Source: the human T2T-CHM13v2.0 reference genome, Homo sapiens. From it: a stretch of 64,000 nt of DNA. Under the pieces are notes generated by a model. It ran no database searches. It was not told the DNA's origin and worked only from the letters and a program-made list of their open reading frames with translations. Positions 12,363 to 25,320 of this stretch are shown here, in pieces (within the stretch, counting starts at the first letter, position 1; each line of letters opens with the position of its first letter). The stretch is from assembly GCF_009914755.1 (NCBI RefSeq), contig NC_060929.1. The stretch is one strand, 5' to 3'. Position numbers and translations under genes: made by a program.

Positions 12363-14004
12363 CCCTAGTCCCATCACTCCTACACCACAGGGTGAGGGGT
12401 GAGGATACCTCCCCAGCTGGGAAAAACCCAGAACTGGGGAAGAGATGATTTGGCCATGGTAGCTTTCTTTCTGTGGTTAATGGAAGAAAGCTTTCAAGAT
12501 AACAAATTGATATGCTTTTGAAATGTTCATTAGTGTAATATTATCTTGCAATCTAGGTAAGAGATGACTACAAACTTTTCATGTAGATCCAGTGAGAATT
12601 AGAACCTTTGTAATGCAACGTGTCTTTTTATTTATATTCTTCCTAGTGAGACCAGGGAAGATTAATAATCTGGAATAAAAGATACAAATTGACATAAAGG
12701 GAATTCTTCTTCCTTTTTCAAACTCAGGACTGGAAGCAATACTACTCTTATACTTAGCAGGCAAAAGTAGTAGAGAGGAGTGGCTGTGACTGAAAACACA
12801 CATTAGAGGCCCAAGAAGTGGTGAGGGACTTGTTAATTGCTAAAGAAAGGACAGTAGTTTGACATGGGAGGTAGGGAGAGTATTATCTACTAGCTGAGAA
12901 AATGCCCCAATGGGGCACCCCGAAGGCCTGATCAGTGAGGTCTGAGATATCTGTATAGTGCCTGGGGATAACTTAGCTAGATTCCCAAATATGCCCCAGC
13001 TTTTTATGGTATATCAAATCTACTCACTTCCTCGTCACTGGCCCTCTGAATGCATTCACCCCACCCCATATTCTGTGTGTAGAAGCAATGTATATGAATG
13101 TGAGTGAAGAGCCGATTGGATCATCTTTGCATTCTATGTGTTGGTGTTAATTTAACAGAGGATGGGGAATAGAGGATTAGTTATCCAGGTGAATTGAGTA
13201 TTTCTTAAAACTTAAGTAGTTTGACAGGTAACTTATACTTAATAAATTCATAGTTTTGTGACTTAATTCTACTTATCTTGTCATTGCTAATTCTCCTCTT
13301 AATCTTTGCAATGTATCATAACTTTATGTGTTTCCAAATACAGATACTATATTACTGGATGATGTGAAAACACAGAAGTGATTGTTATTCAGATGCTGAA
13401 ATATTAAGATGACAAAAATATTGTCTATTTACGCTGTAATTTTCTTCATGTTACTTCATGACACCACTTGGGCAACCAGCCTTTTGTTATCTAGTTGTTT
13501 CTACTGTTATAAAAAATTTTTACTATTAATGGTAATGCAAGTTTATTTTCATGTATTTATTTACTAGACTCATGCTAATACTTAACATTTTTCTTTTTCT
13601 TACTTTTCTTAAGAATTAAGTTGCTACTGCATCATCTATATTTAACAAATTGTGTGACGGTCTCTGAGCAGAAGTGGTCAGGAACTTCTCTTCTGCCTTA
13701 TATGAGCTAATTTTTTAGATTCTGAATTTAGCCTAGTGCTATATACTTGTATACATTCTCTAAGAGTTGGCTGCATATTTACTTTGTACCTCCTTGAGCT
13801 TTTATTTTATTCTTAATCAAATTTTGATACTGCTATGTATTTCATTGGTTTAATGAATTTGGTCAACAATTACTTCTGTTTCTCAGCAGTTTTTGCTGTA
13901 GTAGTATAAAGTACTTTGTTTACAATGGCATTATCAAATTATGTGCTCCTAGAAATAATCAAAATGCTTGCTTTTTTTTCAAAAGATTAAGCTCATTGGA
14001 CTTT

Positions 14005-14145
14005 GGCTTTCTAACCTGTAAAATGGCATAACAATGTCCCTATCAAAAGGACTGTGAGTATATCAAATAAGATAGCTGGTGTGAAAATACTTGGGAAAGT
14101 TGATGATATACACACACCATGTATGTTATGATTATTATTACTACC
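14005..14145 (+). mobile_element. MIR fragment
   Basis: ctttctaacctgtaaaatggcataacaatg...ggactgtgag. Confidence 0.55.
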
Positions 14146-14939
14146 ATCTTTATCTGTTTTGTTCTTCAGCTATTTCATTGGTTTCTATTTATAGAGGATA
14201 AGATGACGATATCCTATCTACTAGGAAGGGATTATCTTCCTTCTTCTCACTTTCCCAATAGAGTAAATAGTTATATTTAAACTTAAAGAGTATTTAAAGG
14301 TTTTCCAAAACAGTTCAATTAAATAGATAACCACAAACCTTCATTTTAAATACCCTTCATTAGGTACCTATCCTCATTAGGTACTGTTTGTATTTGAAAT
14401 TTCTAAGAAAATTTCTCAATAGGAAAGCTTAACTAGAACTATTAATAAGAAATCATCAAGTAATTAAATATATAACATCATTCTCTATAAAGCGCAGTTG
14501 AATTATACACATCAGACAGTCTTCATAGCATTATTGTGAACTAGGTAAGGTGAGAAAATTAAAGTTTACACATGGCCATATGAGAATTCAAATTAAGAGA
14601 AGGCACAGTCCTTTATGGTGGAAGATATGTGTCGTGTCAGATTAAATGTTGAAATAGTTATTATTTATTCTATTTCCTTTTCCTTCCACAGAAACTTAAT
14701 CTCCTTGGTAGAAAGAATGCTTTCTAGGAGTTGGTATCAAAGGAATATCTTACTGCTCCAATGTAAATATCCAAGGAGAATGGAAAGCTAAACATATCAA
14801 CACATTACTTTTCAGCAAAATATAGTGTTGACTCATGGTCTGATTAAACTCATCATTCCTACCTGAGTCTGATCAGATAAAGAACTCTTGAGGCACACAG
14901 CAAAATGAGGTATCCTTGCAAGTTTGATTTTGAAATAAA

Positions 14940-14967
14940 AGCATTTCATATTTAAATATGAAATGCT
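14940..14967. repeat. Perfect 28-bp palindrome
   Basis: agcatttcatattt|aaatatgaaatgct. Confidence 0.95.
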
Positions 14968-15461
14968 ATAAGCTTTTCATAAAATATATGTATATATTTA
15001 ATATTTACTAACTGGAGTAGAATGTATGAAAGAAACAATCTATCCCAAACTCAGTTTACTACAATTTAAAAAGGTAGAACACATAACTACATAAATGGAC
15101 TCCACTAACTCACTGTGAGTTTTCCTCTTTCTTTTGTCAATACCAAGCCTGACTCACCTTTGATGAAGTTGCATTAGATGACTTTCAATTCTGTCATTCG
15201 CCTATTTAACATTGTTTATTGTTATCTATGGGGCTGGTCAGTATTCTACTCACCTTTACCCTGTTCCCTTTTTTGATCTGCATAGTGGCTTTTTTAAGCC
15301 TTTCCCTTTCTTCTCAAGCTGCCCCATCCCTCTCTCCTCTGGCTATTGATGGCTGTACCTTCTACTTTTACATTCATTCATCTGGAGATGGAGGAGTAAA
15401 ATGTTTAGAGAACTCATGGCTAATATCTCTTAACATTTTACTCCTCCATCTCTAAATTTAC

Positions 15462-15755
15462 ATTTCCCTTCTTTTACTCTTCTTCTCCTTCTCCTTCTTC
15501 TCTTCTCTCTTATTCTTCTCCTTCTCCTCCTTCTTCTTTTTTTCTTTTTTTCCAGACACAGTCTTGTCTTCCTCTGTCACCCAGGCTGGACTGCAGTGGC
15601 ATGATCGTAGCTCACTGCAACCCTGAACTCCCAGGCTCAACCAATCCTCCTACCTCTCCAGAGTAGCTGGGACTAAAGGCATGTGCCACCATGCCCAGCT
15701 ATTTTTTTGGATTTTTAGTAAGGACAAGGTCTCACTATGTTGCCAAGGCAGGTCT
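15462..15755 (-). mobile_element. AluJ-like SINE with a (CTT/CCT)-expanded tail; left arm truncated
   Basis: Pyrimidine tract 15462-15551, then ctctgtcacccaggctggactgcagtggc...ggtctcactatgttgccaaggc. Confidence 0.85.
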
Positions 15756-16405
15756 TCTTTGTCCTTCCTAAAGAATACAGTTCTGGTATTTACTACTTTT
15801 CCAAGGATAGCCTCCTTACTTTGGCTCATGATCATGTTTTTGTCAGCAACTACAGCTCCATCTTTAAACCCTCTTTCCCCTTGAATTTTTAGTCTCTTTC
15901 TATCTCCTGGAGCCTTCCCTCAGCTCAAGTAACCTGAATTCAAAAAAATTCCGCTTGAACCTAATTCTCTGTCAGGCAGCCTTAGTTCTTTCTTCCTACT
16001 CCACCCATCAGCCTTTTAAAGAGATGCCTGCATTTGCTCACATTTCCACTTTCAATTCACTCCTTAACCCAGGGGCTCCTAATGCTATTACCTGAATACA
16101 ACGCACCACTCAACTGTCATTCAAAAACCTAGTAATTATAGAAGGTAACTGTTCTATTTCTCCTGGTCCTCTGGACTGTTATTTCTGTTTGCTGTCCCAG
16201 TACTTTAACTGTTGTCTTGTTTCCCCTAGCCTTATCATGTACAAACCAATTCATCACCTGTTATCTGTCATGTTTTCTACTCTCTGCCCTTTGTTCCTCA
16301 TCACCATGTACGTACATCACCATGTACGTACTCATTCATGGACAAAAATCAGCACTCTCTTTGATTCTCCTTCTCCACTGGCTGTCCCCCAACATACATA
16401 CATAC

Positions 16406-16407
<2 letters not shown>

Positions 16408-16452
<45 letters not shown>
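16408..16452. repeat. (CA)n microsatellite
   Basis: Perfect CA run. Confidence 0.97.
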
Positions 16453-16454
<2 letters not shown>

Positions 16455-17924
16455 CCATTCTATAAGCCTCTTGCATCTAAACCAGCTCTTTGCTCCACTG
16501 CCATCACTCCCTTGACTTAGGTCTTCATCATATTTAGCCTGCCTTACTTCTGTGAATTTCGACATGAAATACTTCCCTGTAGTGACTTCGCTATGCAATC
16601 ATTCAACAATAGAGTAATCAAGATGCAATAAAAACAAGAATATGATCATGCCAAAACTCAGCTAAAAACCTCTGTGGCTCTCAGGTCCCATAGACTGTAT
16701 TTGAAATTTTCTTCTCTCTTGCCAGGTTTCGCTATTCACATCAAGCAGATTGTCATTCCTTAGTTCAGCCATAATTTTCCATGCCTCACATTTAGTAAAT
16801 GTTGTTCCCTTAGCCCGGTATTTTCTGTATCTTTCCCTTGGGTGGAAAACTCTCCATCTCCTCTCTCTGTTCCTGCAGTACATGATAAATGCCTCAAGGA
16901 TTGTGCTCACCATATTTTATTACAATGGTCTAAAATGCCAGACCTCACTGCTCCACAGATTCAGAGCTTTAAATACACCATATTTGCTCAAGAAGCATTC
17001 TCATTATGTGTGAATGAATAAGTAAGTGTCATGAATTTCAAATCTAAGGAAGTGAGATAAAAATAATGTAAAAATAGGGCCACTAGGAATAGAAAGTTGT
17101 TTAGAGATGAAGAAGGGTAGACGTCAATAATACAACTGCTAAAATAGCAACCATAGTTTGTAAAAATGAGTGAAATATAATTTCATTTCTAGAACCCCAT
17201 GTAGACCTATTGCAATACAACTGATGCTCTGTTAGAATGGCAAGAATAACACTAGACACTCAGGGGTTCCATACAGACTAATTCTTATAAGATAAATTGC
17301 AGCCTGTTATGAGTTTTTGAGATGGGTGTCATGAAAAGATGGTGAATGTTATTGGACAAATGTATAGACCAAGAGAGAAAGATGAAGATCGATTCTATAC
17401 AGAGGCAGATGTGCCACGAATGATAGTATAGGTATTGAGTGAGAATAAAGACCTATGTAGAAAAACATGCACACTACCACAAGAATGAAATGCACTGAGA
17501 AAATGAGCTAGTGATGGTACAGGATCTGCAAACCTGCTTGTCAGTTTTCATTGTTTTTCAAGCTGTACTATATCTTAAATGATATTCAAGTCTGTCTAAT
17601 GTTTTCTGTGCTTGCCTCTCATGATCCTTAAAAGTTGGTTTAATTTTGGCAAAGTCCCACAAAGATTTCTTAAATGATCTGGCAAACCAGTGCTAACATC
17701 TGTACATACATTAATTGAAATATATTCAAAATGCTATACAGTCTATTATCACAGGACTTTTCAATGGAGTTGAAAGCTTTTCAAAATATTAGAAAATATC
17801 CATGTAGTTAGGTAGCTAAAACTCAGGCTCTACATAAATATAAGCTAATGATTTAAGTGTTAGTTTCCATTAAAAATTTAATTCTCAGTTTTCCTATAAA
17901 GTATTTTCTGGGAAAATAAATACA

Positions 17925-17927
<3 letters not shown>

Positions 17928-17963
<36 letters not shown>
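17928..17963. repeat. (TG)n microsatellite, read as (CA)n on the PDE4D pre-mRNA
   Basis: Perfect GT run about 190 nt from the exon donor. Confidence 0.97.
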
Positions 17964-17965
<2 letters not shown>

Positions 17966-18145
17966 ATCAAGAGTGACAGTGCACTCAGGTTAAATCTACC
18001 ATTCATTTCTAGCTTGTATAATTTTATTCATATTCTTTCTACATTGGAGGAGAGTGATACAGTTGAACAAAAGTCATTAGTTTTATTATGTCATCAGCTC
18101 TAGATATAAATTTACTCGGTTTTCTCTCTCTTTGCCTGCCCTTGT

Positions 18146-18390
<245 letters not shown>

Positions 18391-18739
18391 TCATATTTTC
18401 AAAAAGCATTTAGCGTCAGCTGAGGAACTGACAGTGGAATTAGCAGGAATGAAAATTACAGCTAATTTCTGCCATAAAAATATGATAATATTGAAATACA
18501 TAAAAGAAAAACACATTGACTTCACATTCTTGTTCTCCTGGATACTGTTGTTAACTGACCAGATACAAGATACAGGTTTTTCCAAACTCTACTTCAGTTA
18601 AAAGGGAAACACTCTGCAAAACATAATCTTCTAAGTACAAAATTCCTTTCGGAAAATAACAAATACACAGTAATTCATCAAATATTTGAATTCGATTCAA
18701 CAAATACCCATTTTGTGCCTAATGCTGTTCTCCCAAACC

Positions 18740-19416
18740 TGGGCTTCTCCCTCCACACTCCTACCCTATAACATCCATCCAAGCATTAATTTCTATTGTA
18801 CCCACTTCCTTCCATCCCTACTACCAATATTTTAAATTCAGGTCTCCATCAAATTTCACCTATATTATTATAACAACCTTTATATTAGTGTCTTGAATCC
18901 ATTTTCCAGTGTCATTCTTCAGTTTAAAACCCTTCAGTAACTTACCATTGCTCTCAGGATGAAGTCAAAATTTCTTTGCCAGACTGCCAGTCTAACCATC
19001 TGCTCTCAATTGCAATTAGTTGCCCCCAGCCTCAACTTGCCATCCTCAGCTATTGGGTACTTCTTGCTCAACTCATATTGAGGCACTATCTCCTTCTCAC
19101 AGGCCATCACCACCTCACCTCCTGCTCCCCTAAATAATCAAATCCCCTTTCCCCTGCCTAACTGTCACTCATCCTTGAGACTTAGCCTGCACCTGAAAGG
19201 CTACCCTGGTACATCAGAGCTTTATGAAAGGCCCTTTCTCTACGCTCCCAAGACACTTTCCCACTCCCTAATGACAGAATTTACAATGAATTGAAAATGT
19301 TTTTCACCCGGTCTCCATTCCTAGATTGTGAGCTCTCTACAAATGGAGACTCAGCGTATTCTTGGCACATTGAAAACTGTGCCCAAGTGTCTTGAGTAAA
19401 TGATTAAATGAATAAA
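18740..19416 (+). mobile_element. L2 LINE 3' region (degenerate)
   Basis: aaaacccttcagtaacttaccattgctctcaggatgaagtc..., ctagattgtgagctc..., ends taaatgaataaa. Confidence 0.65.
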
Positions 19417-21244
19417 AGGCACTGTGCTCAGCAATACATATTTTAGAGCTGGGAAAAAATCTACACACACAGTTCTTAACGTCATAGTCCTTATAATCTA
19501 GATAAACTTTCCACAAAGAACCTTTCTAGTGAAACATCAACCAGTATTAAAATAAAGTCAACTTTCATGTGTTCTTAGGAGAGGAGGGTGATAGCTTATG
19601 ATAGCCCAGCAGGTGTGTGGTTTTAAAGAAAAACTTGTTGAAAGAATAAATAAACATGTGAATTCAAGTTTTGCTGTCATTAATATTTTCCCCATTAGAA
19701 TCTTTATTCAAACTATTAACTAGCTCATTTTAAAACATTCCTTTATTTTCTTTATCGGAGTCATTAATAAATAGAGTTATGACTCTAAGATTGGAAGATG
19801 TTTCATGGATCACTTTTGAATCTGTGATCAAATAACAGTGGCTCCGAAATAATCCATCAAATAAACAGAAGAGGGAAAACTCATTATCTTGAGCAGCTGT
19901 AAATATGTTTTTCCAACTTAAAATTTTCTTAGAATTGTGTCTCTTTATAGATATATTTATTTGGTTCAGGAAGGACAATGAGAGATTGTCAAGTCGAACA
20001 GACTCACTTTACAGACGAGGATACCAGGTCCTAGAAAAGTTAATTGACCAGTCACTGAGCTAACTGCATTGAATCATCGATTGTTCCTAAAGTCCTTCCA
20101 GCTCTACTGCATGATTATATAAACCACAAATATATGTGGCACCCAAACAGGGGACATCTGTTTCACCAGAATAGGATAGGCACATATGTATGTGAAACCT
20201 TGTCAATTCCCAGGAAGGCTGGAAGGGGAGGATGGTCTCTAATCATTCAATAGACATACATTAGGGATCTTTGGCAAACTCTCCTTGGATATGCTTAAAT
20301 AGGCATTTATTAAGCACTTAATATGAGTGCATTAAGATACAAAAATAAAGGATGAATGACTAACTCAGGCTGGGATATCTGAGAAGTTTTCATGAAGAGT
20401 AGTATTTAAGAAGGTTTTTGAAGGTATTTAGTACACAACTGGAAGACATTAAAAACTTCTAAATAGTGGGGGTTTGGCAAAGTAGATTTCTCTTCTAAGA
20501 AGATAGTCATGGCAGCTTTTCAGCATGAGGAGGACCTAGTAATGTGAATGCCTGTAGAAATGTTTATGTTTATTTCCCTTTAATATCAAGATATTCTTAT
20601 TGCTACACTTTAAAAAAGAAAATACCCCCTCCTTCCTGTGCATGAACAGAAATGTAAGAGATACAGAAGTGTGAGTTTTGGTTTAGTTTTTTTCAGTTCA
20701 ACTGAGTAAACACCAAATTTGTATAAATCAGTAATTTTTTCTTTAATTATAATTTTTCCAATTAAATCAAGCAAGTCTTAACACTCCACTATAAGTTTTG
20801 AAACAAATATTGCTAAATACCTTAAGTCATTTAGATAGTTATGATATTTTTAAATCTTACAACTTTTAAGCCATAATATTAGCACTAAAACCAAAACATT
20901 TATTAATAGGTCAGGAAGTGCTTGATATGAGATATTCTAGGGGCTTTAATATTTTTCTTTGTATACTGTAATATAAAAATTTGTCCACTAGATGGAGATC
21001 ATTTTCTTAAACAAGGAAACTATTTTCTACTGAAGGGTTAAATAACCTTAAAGGCCTAAATTATTTCTTAGGAACTCATGAAAATAACCCTTTAAATGAC
21101 ATCCAAAAAACAAAGTTCACAATGTATACTAAGTAATTATCAATATTGATAAAATTACATTAATCTAATATTAGTATTAGCTTTACAAACATTGAGAATG
21201 AAGATCTAAAAATAGTGACTGATATTTTATTGGACTTTTTCTTA

Positions 21245-21597
21245 AATGATGAGTTCATGTCCTTTGTAGGGACATGGATGAAATTGGAAATCATCATTCT
21301 CAGTAAACTATCGCAAGAACAAAAAACCAAACACCGCATATTCTCACTCATAGGTGGGAATTGAACAATGAGATCACATGGACACAGGAAGGGGAATATC
21401 ACACTCTGGGGACTGTTGTGGGGTGGGGGGAGGGGGGAGGGATAGCACTGGGAGATATACCTAATGCTAGATGACGAGTTAGTGGGTGCAGTGCACCAGC
21501 ATGGCACATGTATACATATGTATCTAACCTGCACAATGTGCACATGTACCCTAAAACTTAAAGTATAATTAAAAAAAAAAAAGAAAAGAAAAAAAAT
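21245..21597 (+). mobile_element. Young 5'-truncated L1PA2-like LINE 3' end
   Basis: Very close to the L1HS/L1PA2 3' end but with GAG (gatgacgagtt) and cttaaagtat rather than the Ta ACA/G diagnostics; G-rich tract and poly-A. Confidence 0.92.
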
Positions 21598-22609
21598 ACT
21601 TGAGAAGACTTAATTGAATTTCCGTAACAAATCACTGAGTACTTATTGTGTTGGAGTAAAGTAACTTGAGCATCATTAATAGTCTGGGGTTTCACTCTAA
21701 ATTTTGGCACCACAAGTATTCTCAGAATACGGTTTGTTCTGGGAAGTGAACCTAGGGTCTGAGTTCATTTGCATAATTTATTTCCATGATATTAAATCCT
21801 CTTATAATCAAAATTAATTATCAAGAAAAAGTAATATTACCGAGAATCTCCAGTCTGAAGTATCAGCCAATGTCAGTATTAGTGAATGACTTTATACAAA
21901 GAGAGACTTTGTATTTTGAAATAGTCATTGAATAAACTTTTACATTACATCCTATGTCCTTAGATCAGCACTTGAATAAGTACAGATATACTACACATTG
22001 TCCTTTTCTAGAAAGCACTAAAGTCTAGTTAAGGTAATAGAACATCAAGCAACCAGAGAAAATAAAAGCAGCAAAACAGGTGGCATCTGTATTAAATAGC
22101 ATATAAATACTAAAACACGAAATTGTATTATATAGGCAATCAGACTATGTGATGTAGACAATGAATGTAAAGGGAATTTAAGAAGTTGCAGGATGTACAC
22201 CTTTGAAGGAGAGTTAAAAAATGTCCAGCCAGAGTAGAGCTGGGGTTGGGGGTGGAGGCCATCCAGCAAAAGTGAAGCCACAAAAACAAAACCAAGAAGG
22301 AATGAATAAGGCGTGTATATAAAACAGGACATTTAGTGTCTGGCTAAATTTGAGGCTTGGTATTAAAGAATAGTGGGGACCTATAAAAATGGCAATTTTG
22401 TACAGTTCAACCTAATAGGTAGGGATGGATGTGTTTATGGAAAGCTGGGCCAAGGAGTGTCAGCAGAAGCTTGTTATAAAGACTTACGTGGAAACACACA
22501 AATCAACTTTTAACATTGAAATCTCAGGGGAGTAAGATGAGGAAGACCAGTATTTGTTAAAATAAACATGTTGCTTTTGCAACAAATAAAAGGTAGAAAA
22601 CAGAGTAGA

Positions 22610-22786
22610 GGCTGAGCACAGTAGCTCATGCCTGTAATCCCGACACTTTAGAGGCACACGTGGGAGGATCGCTTCAGACCAGGAGTTCAAGGTTACAGTG
22701 ACTGATCGTGTCACTGCACTCCAATCTAGGCGACAGAGCATGACTCTGTCTCAAAAAAAAAAAAAAAAAAAAAAAAAGAAAGACAA
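22610..22786 (+). mobile_element. Monomer-length chimeric Alu (left-arm start, right-arm end)
   Basis: gctcatgcctgtaatcccgacacttt...gagttcaaggttacagtg...cactgcactccaatctaggcgacagagc plus long poly-A; TSD aaaacagagt. Confidence 0.85.
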
Positions 22787-23329
22787 AAAACAGAGTTAAA
22801 AAAAAAAAGGAGAAAAATAAATGTTTTAACTACAAGAGGACCCCCAAAAAGGCTTGTTCATTAAATACTTCAAATATTAGAACTAGGGGGTTTGCCTTGA
22901 GTAGGGAGGTTAGTTGTGGATTTTAAAAGGCAGCACATTTTTACTCAGTAGGTAGTAAGTTAACTGAGAATTAGACACTTACTTAACTTTCTGAAAGTTA
23001 GCCTAATTAGTCAGTTTGGGCTGAAATTATAGATGGCTTCAAATAAGCTAGTTATCTTTGAAACATAATTTTATCAATAGTCCACATCGTGGTGTTATGA
23101 ATAAAACAAGAAGGTGATGAAGGATAAGGTAGCCCTAACCTTAGATGCTGGTATCAAAATGATCAGTTGTGAATTTTCCAAAGACATTCTTTAGAAAACA
23201 CTTGGATGTGGTGAATTCTCTTTTGACTCACAGCCAATTAGATGGAGCCCAAGCAAAAAACTAGAAGTTTGAAAAAGTAACTAAAGGATTGGGGAGAGTA
23301 AAAATTACCAAGTTTAATGATGATGGTGG

Positions 23330-23560
23330 CAATAATAATAATGTTAATAACAATAAAACTTCTGGAGCACTTTCCATGTTCCAGGCGCTGTGCTTTGCAT
23401 ATATTATCTCATTTAATCCTCACAATAACACTTTGAAGTAGGCACTGTATTTTCCATTCGACCATGGGGACTCTGAGGCATAGACAAGTGACTCTATGTT
23501 CAGTAGTATGCTCAAGCTCATAAGTGGGTTTTAAACTCAAGCTGTCTGATTCTAAGGCTG
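23330..23560 (-). mobile_element. MIR SINE
   Basis: gagcactttccatgttccaggcgctgtgc...atctcatttaatcctcacaataac...ctgaggcataga. Confidence 0.8.
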
Positions 23561-23724
23561 GGGAGAATGGACTCTGTTTACACCTCTATTATGAAGTTTC
23601 ATTTAAAAAAATACAAGAATACCTTTTAGCTTCCTCACCTGCAGGGAACTTTTGAAAGTAACATTCTGATTAACTTACAGGTGACGCATGCAAAGGCTAA
23701 TTCTGAGACTAAATTTTCGTATGG

Positions 23725-24016
23725 GGCTGGGTGTGGTGGCTCATGCCTATAATCCCAGCACTTTAGGAAGCCAAGGCTGGTGAACTGCTTGAGCCCAGGA
23801 GTTCAGGGCCAGCCTGGGCAACATGGTGAAACACCATCTTTACAAAAAATTTTAAAATTACCTGGGTGTGGTGGTGCTTATCTGTAGTCCCAGCTACCCC
23901 AGAGGTGGAGGCAGGAGGATCACCTGAACTAAGGAGGTCGAGGCTGAAGTGAGCCATGATTACGTCACTGCACTCCAGCTTGGGCGACAGAGCGAGACTC
24001 TGTCTCAAAAAAAAAA
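23725..24016 (+). mobile_element. AluJ-like SINE
   Basis: Dimeric Alu; TSD ttttc(g/a)tatg. Confidence 0.92.
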
Positions 24017-25099
24017 GTTTTCATATGACCCAACATTTTGGAATTTGCCAAATCCCCAGCTTTTTCCAATTCTGAACATAACAGTAGGGTGTAAAAAAGT
24101 CTTTGCTGTAACCCATTTGGCGGGTTTCTTTATAGCATTTGAGATTTCATTTGGAATTAAGGAAGGGTCAGTGGGTCTGCAAAAGGGCTTAGCAAATGGA
24201 ACTAAGTGAGGTGCTTTCTTGTTCCATATGTTTGCTTCCCTTAATGCAATTTAAGAATGCACACAATTCTTAAAAGAGATAACTTTTGCCAGAAGGCAGT
24301 TTTGGAGGAGGAATGATATAGCTATATTTGGTCTCCCATGAGGGGGCAGTAACAGTAATGACCAGCTGGCCTGCTGCATTCAGAAGTGTTAAAGAATGTG
24401 TGTGGCTAGCACTACTCATGACCATTTACTCCACAGACCCATCCTTTTCTATGGAACCAGCCCCCTACAAGAAACAAAGAGAAGTCGGACAAACTGACGA
24501 ATGAACTAATTACTCCCAGTTCTCCACACTGTTCCATTTCAGTGGAATTACTGGATGGTAATACAGTTCCAATCTACCTTTCATCCACGCTCTCAACTGC
24601 TCGCATACTTTGTGTCTACTGACCTTGTAATTGTTTGTCTGCTGAAGGTCATTTCTCATCTTTTTGGCCTTTTGCTAGACACTGCTTCCCTAGTTTAAAC
24701 TTTTCCCAATTTATTTTTGACCATGATATGGGCCCTCTCCTGAGCCAGAGTCCTGCTACTGTGCTGAGTAAATAGCTTTCCTCATCTATCCTAGCCATCA
24801 GGACCTTATACTTAGCACTGACCCCCAGTATGAAGCCCAAAGTGGGTGGGGCAATGAGGGCCTCAGTGGAGCAGCTGCTAAGGAACCTCTATCAATAGCA
24901 GCCTCCATTACCGAAGCATCTATGAAGGCCACTCACAGGGAAGATCTTGCTGAATGTCGCTGGGAATCCTGGGAGCCATCACTGAAGCCAGGACCATCTG
25001 AAAGCTGCCTTTTTCACTACATAGTAAGAACAATGGCACATAGAAAATATTGACCTACCAAAAATGTTCCTGTTAAGATGTTTATTTAAGAGTTAGAAA

Positions 25100-25320
25100 A
25101 CACAGGTTAAATTTGAAATCTTGGTTCAGCCACTTCCTATTTGGGTGCTCTAGGGCAAGTTGCTGTATTTTCTAGGCTTTCACTGCTGATAAAGATAATT
25201 ACAATACCTAGCTCTAGGGCCATTATAAGGATTAGAAGAGAAAATGTTTGGAAAGCATTCACCACATTGCCTGGCAGCTAGTACACTCCCATTATTTAGC
25301 AGCTATTGTTTTTCATTTTT
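25100..25320 (+). mobile_element. MIR SINE
   Basis: ttgaaatcttggttcagccacttcctatttgggtgctctagggcaagtt...ttataaggattag. Confidence 0.7.

Noticed and set aside
24340-25010. Relatively GC-rich stretch that looked like a pseudogene or LTR-internal fragment
   Set aside because: No recognisable protein or repeat motif by eye; needs a Dfam or blastx search
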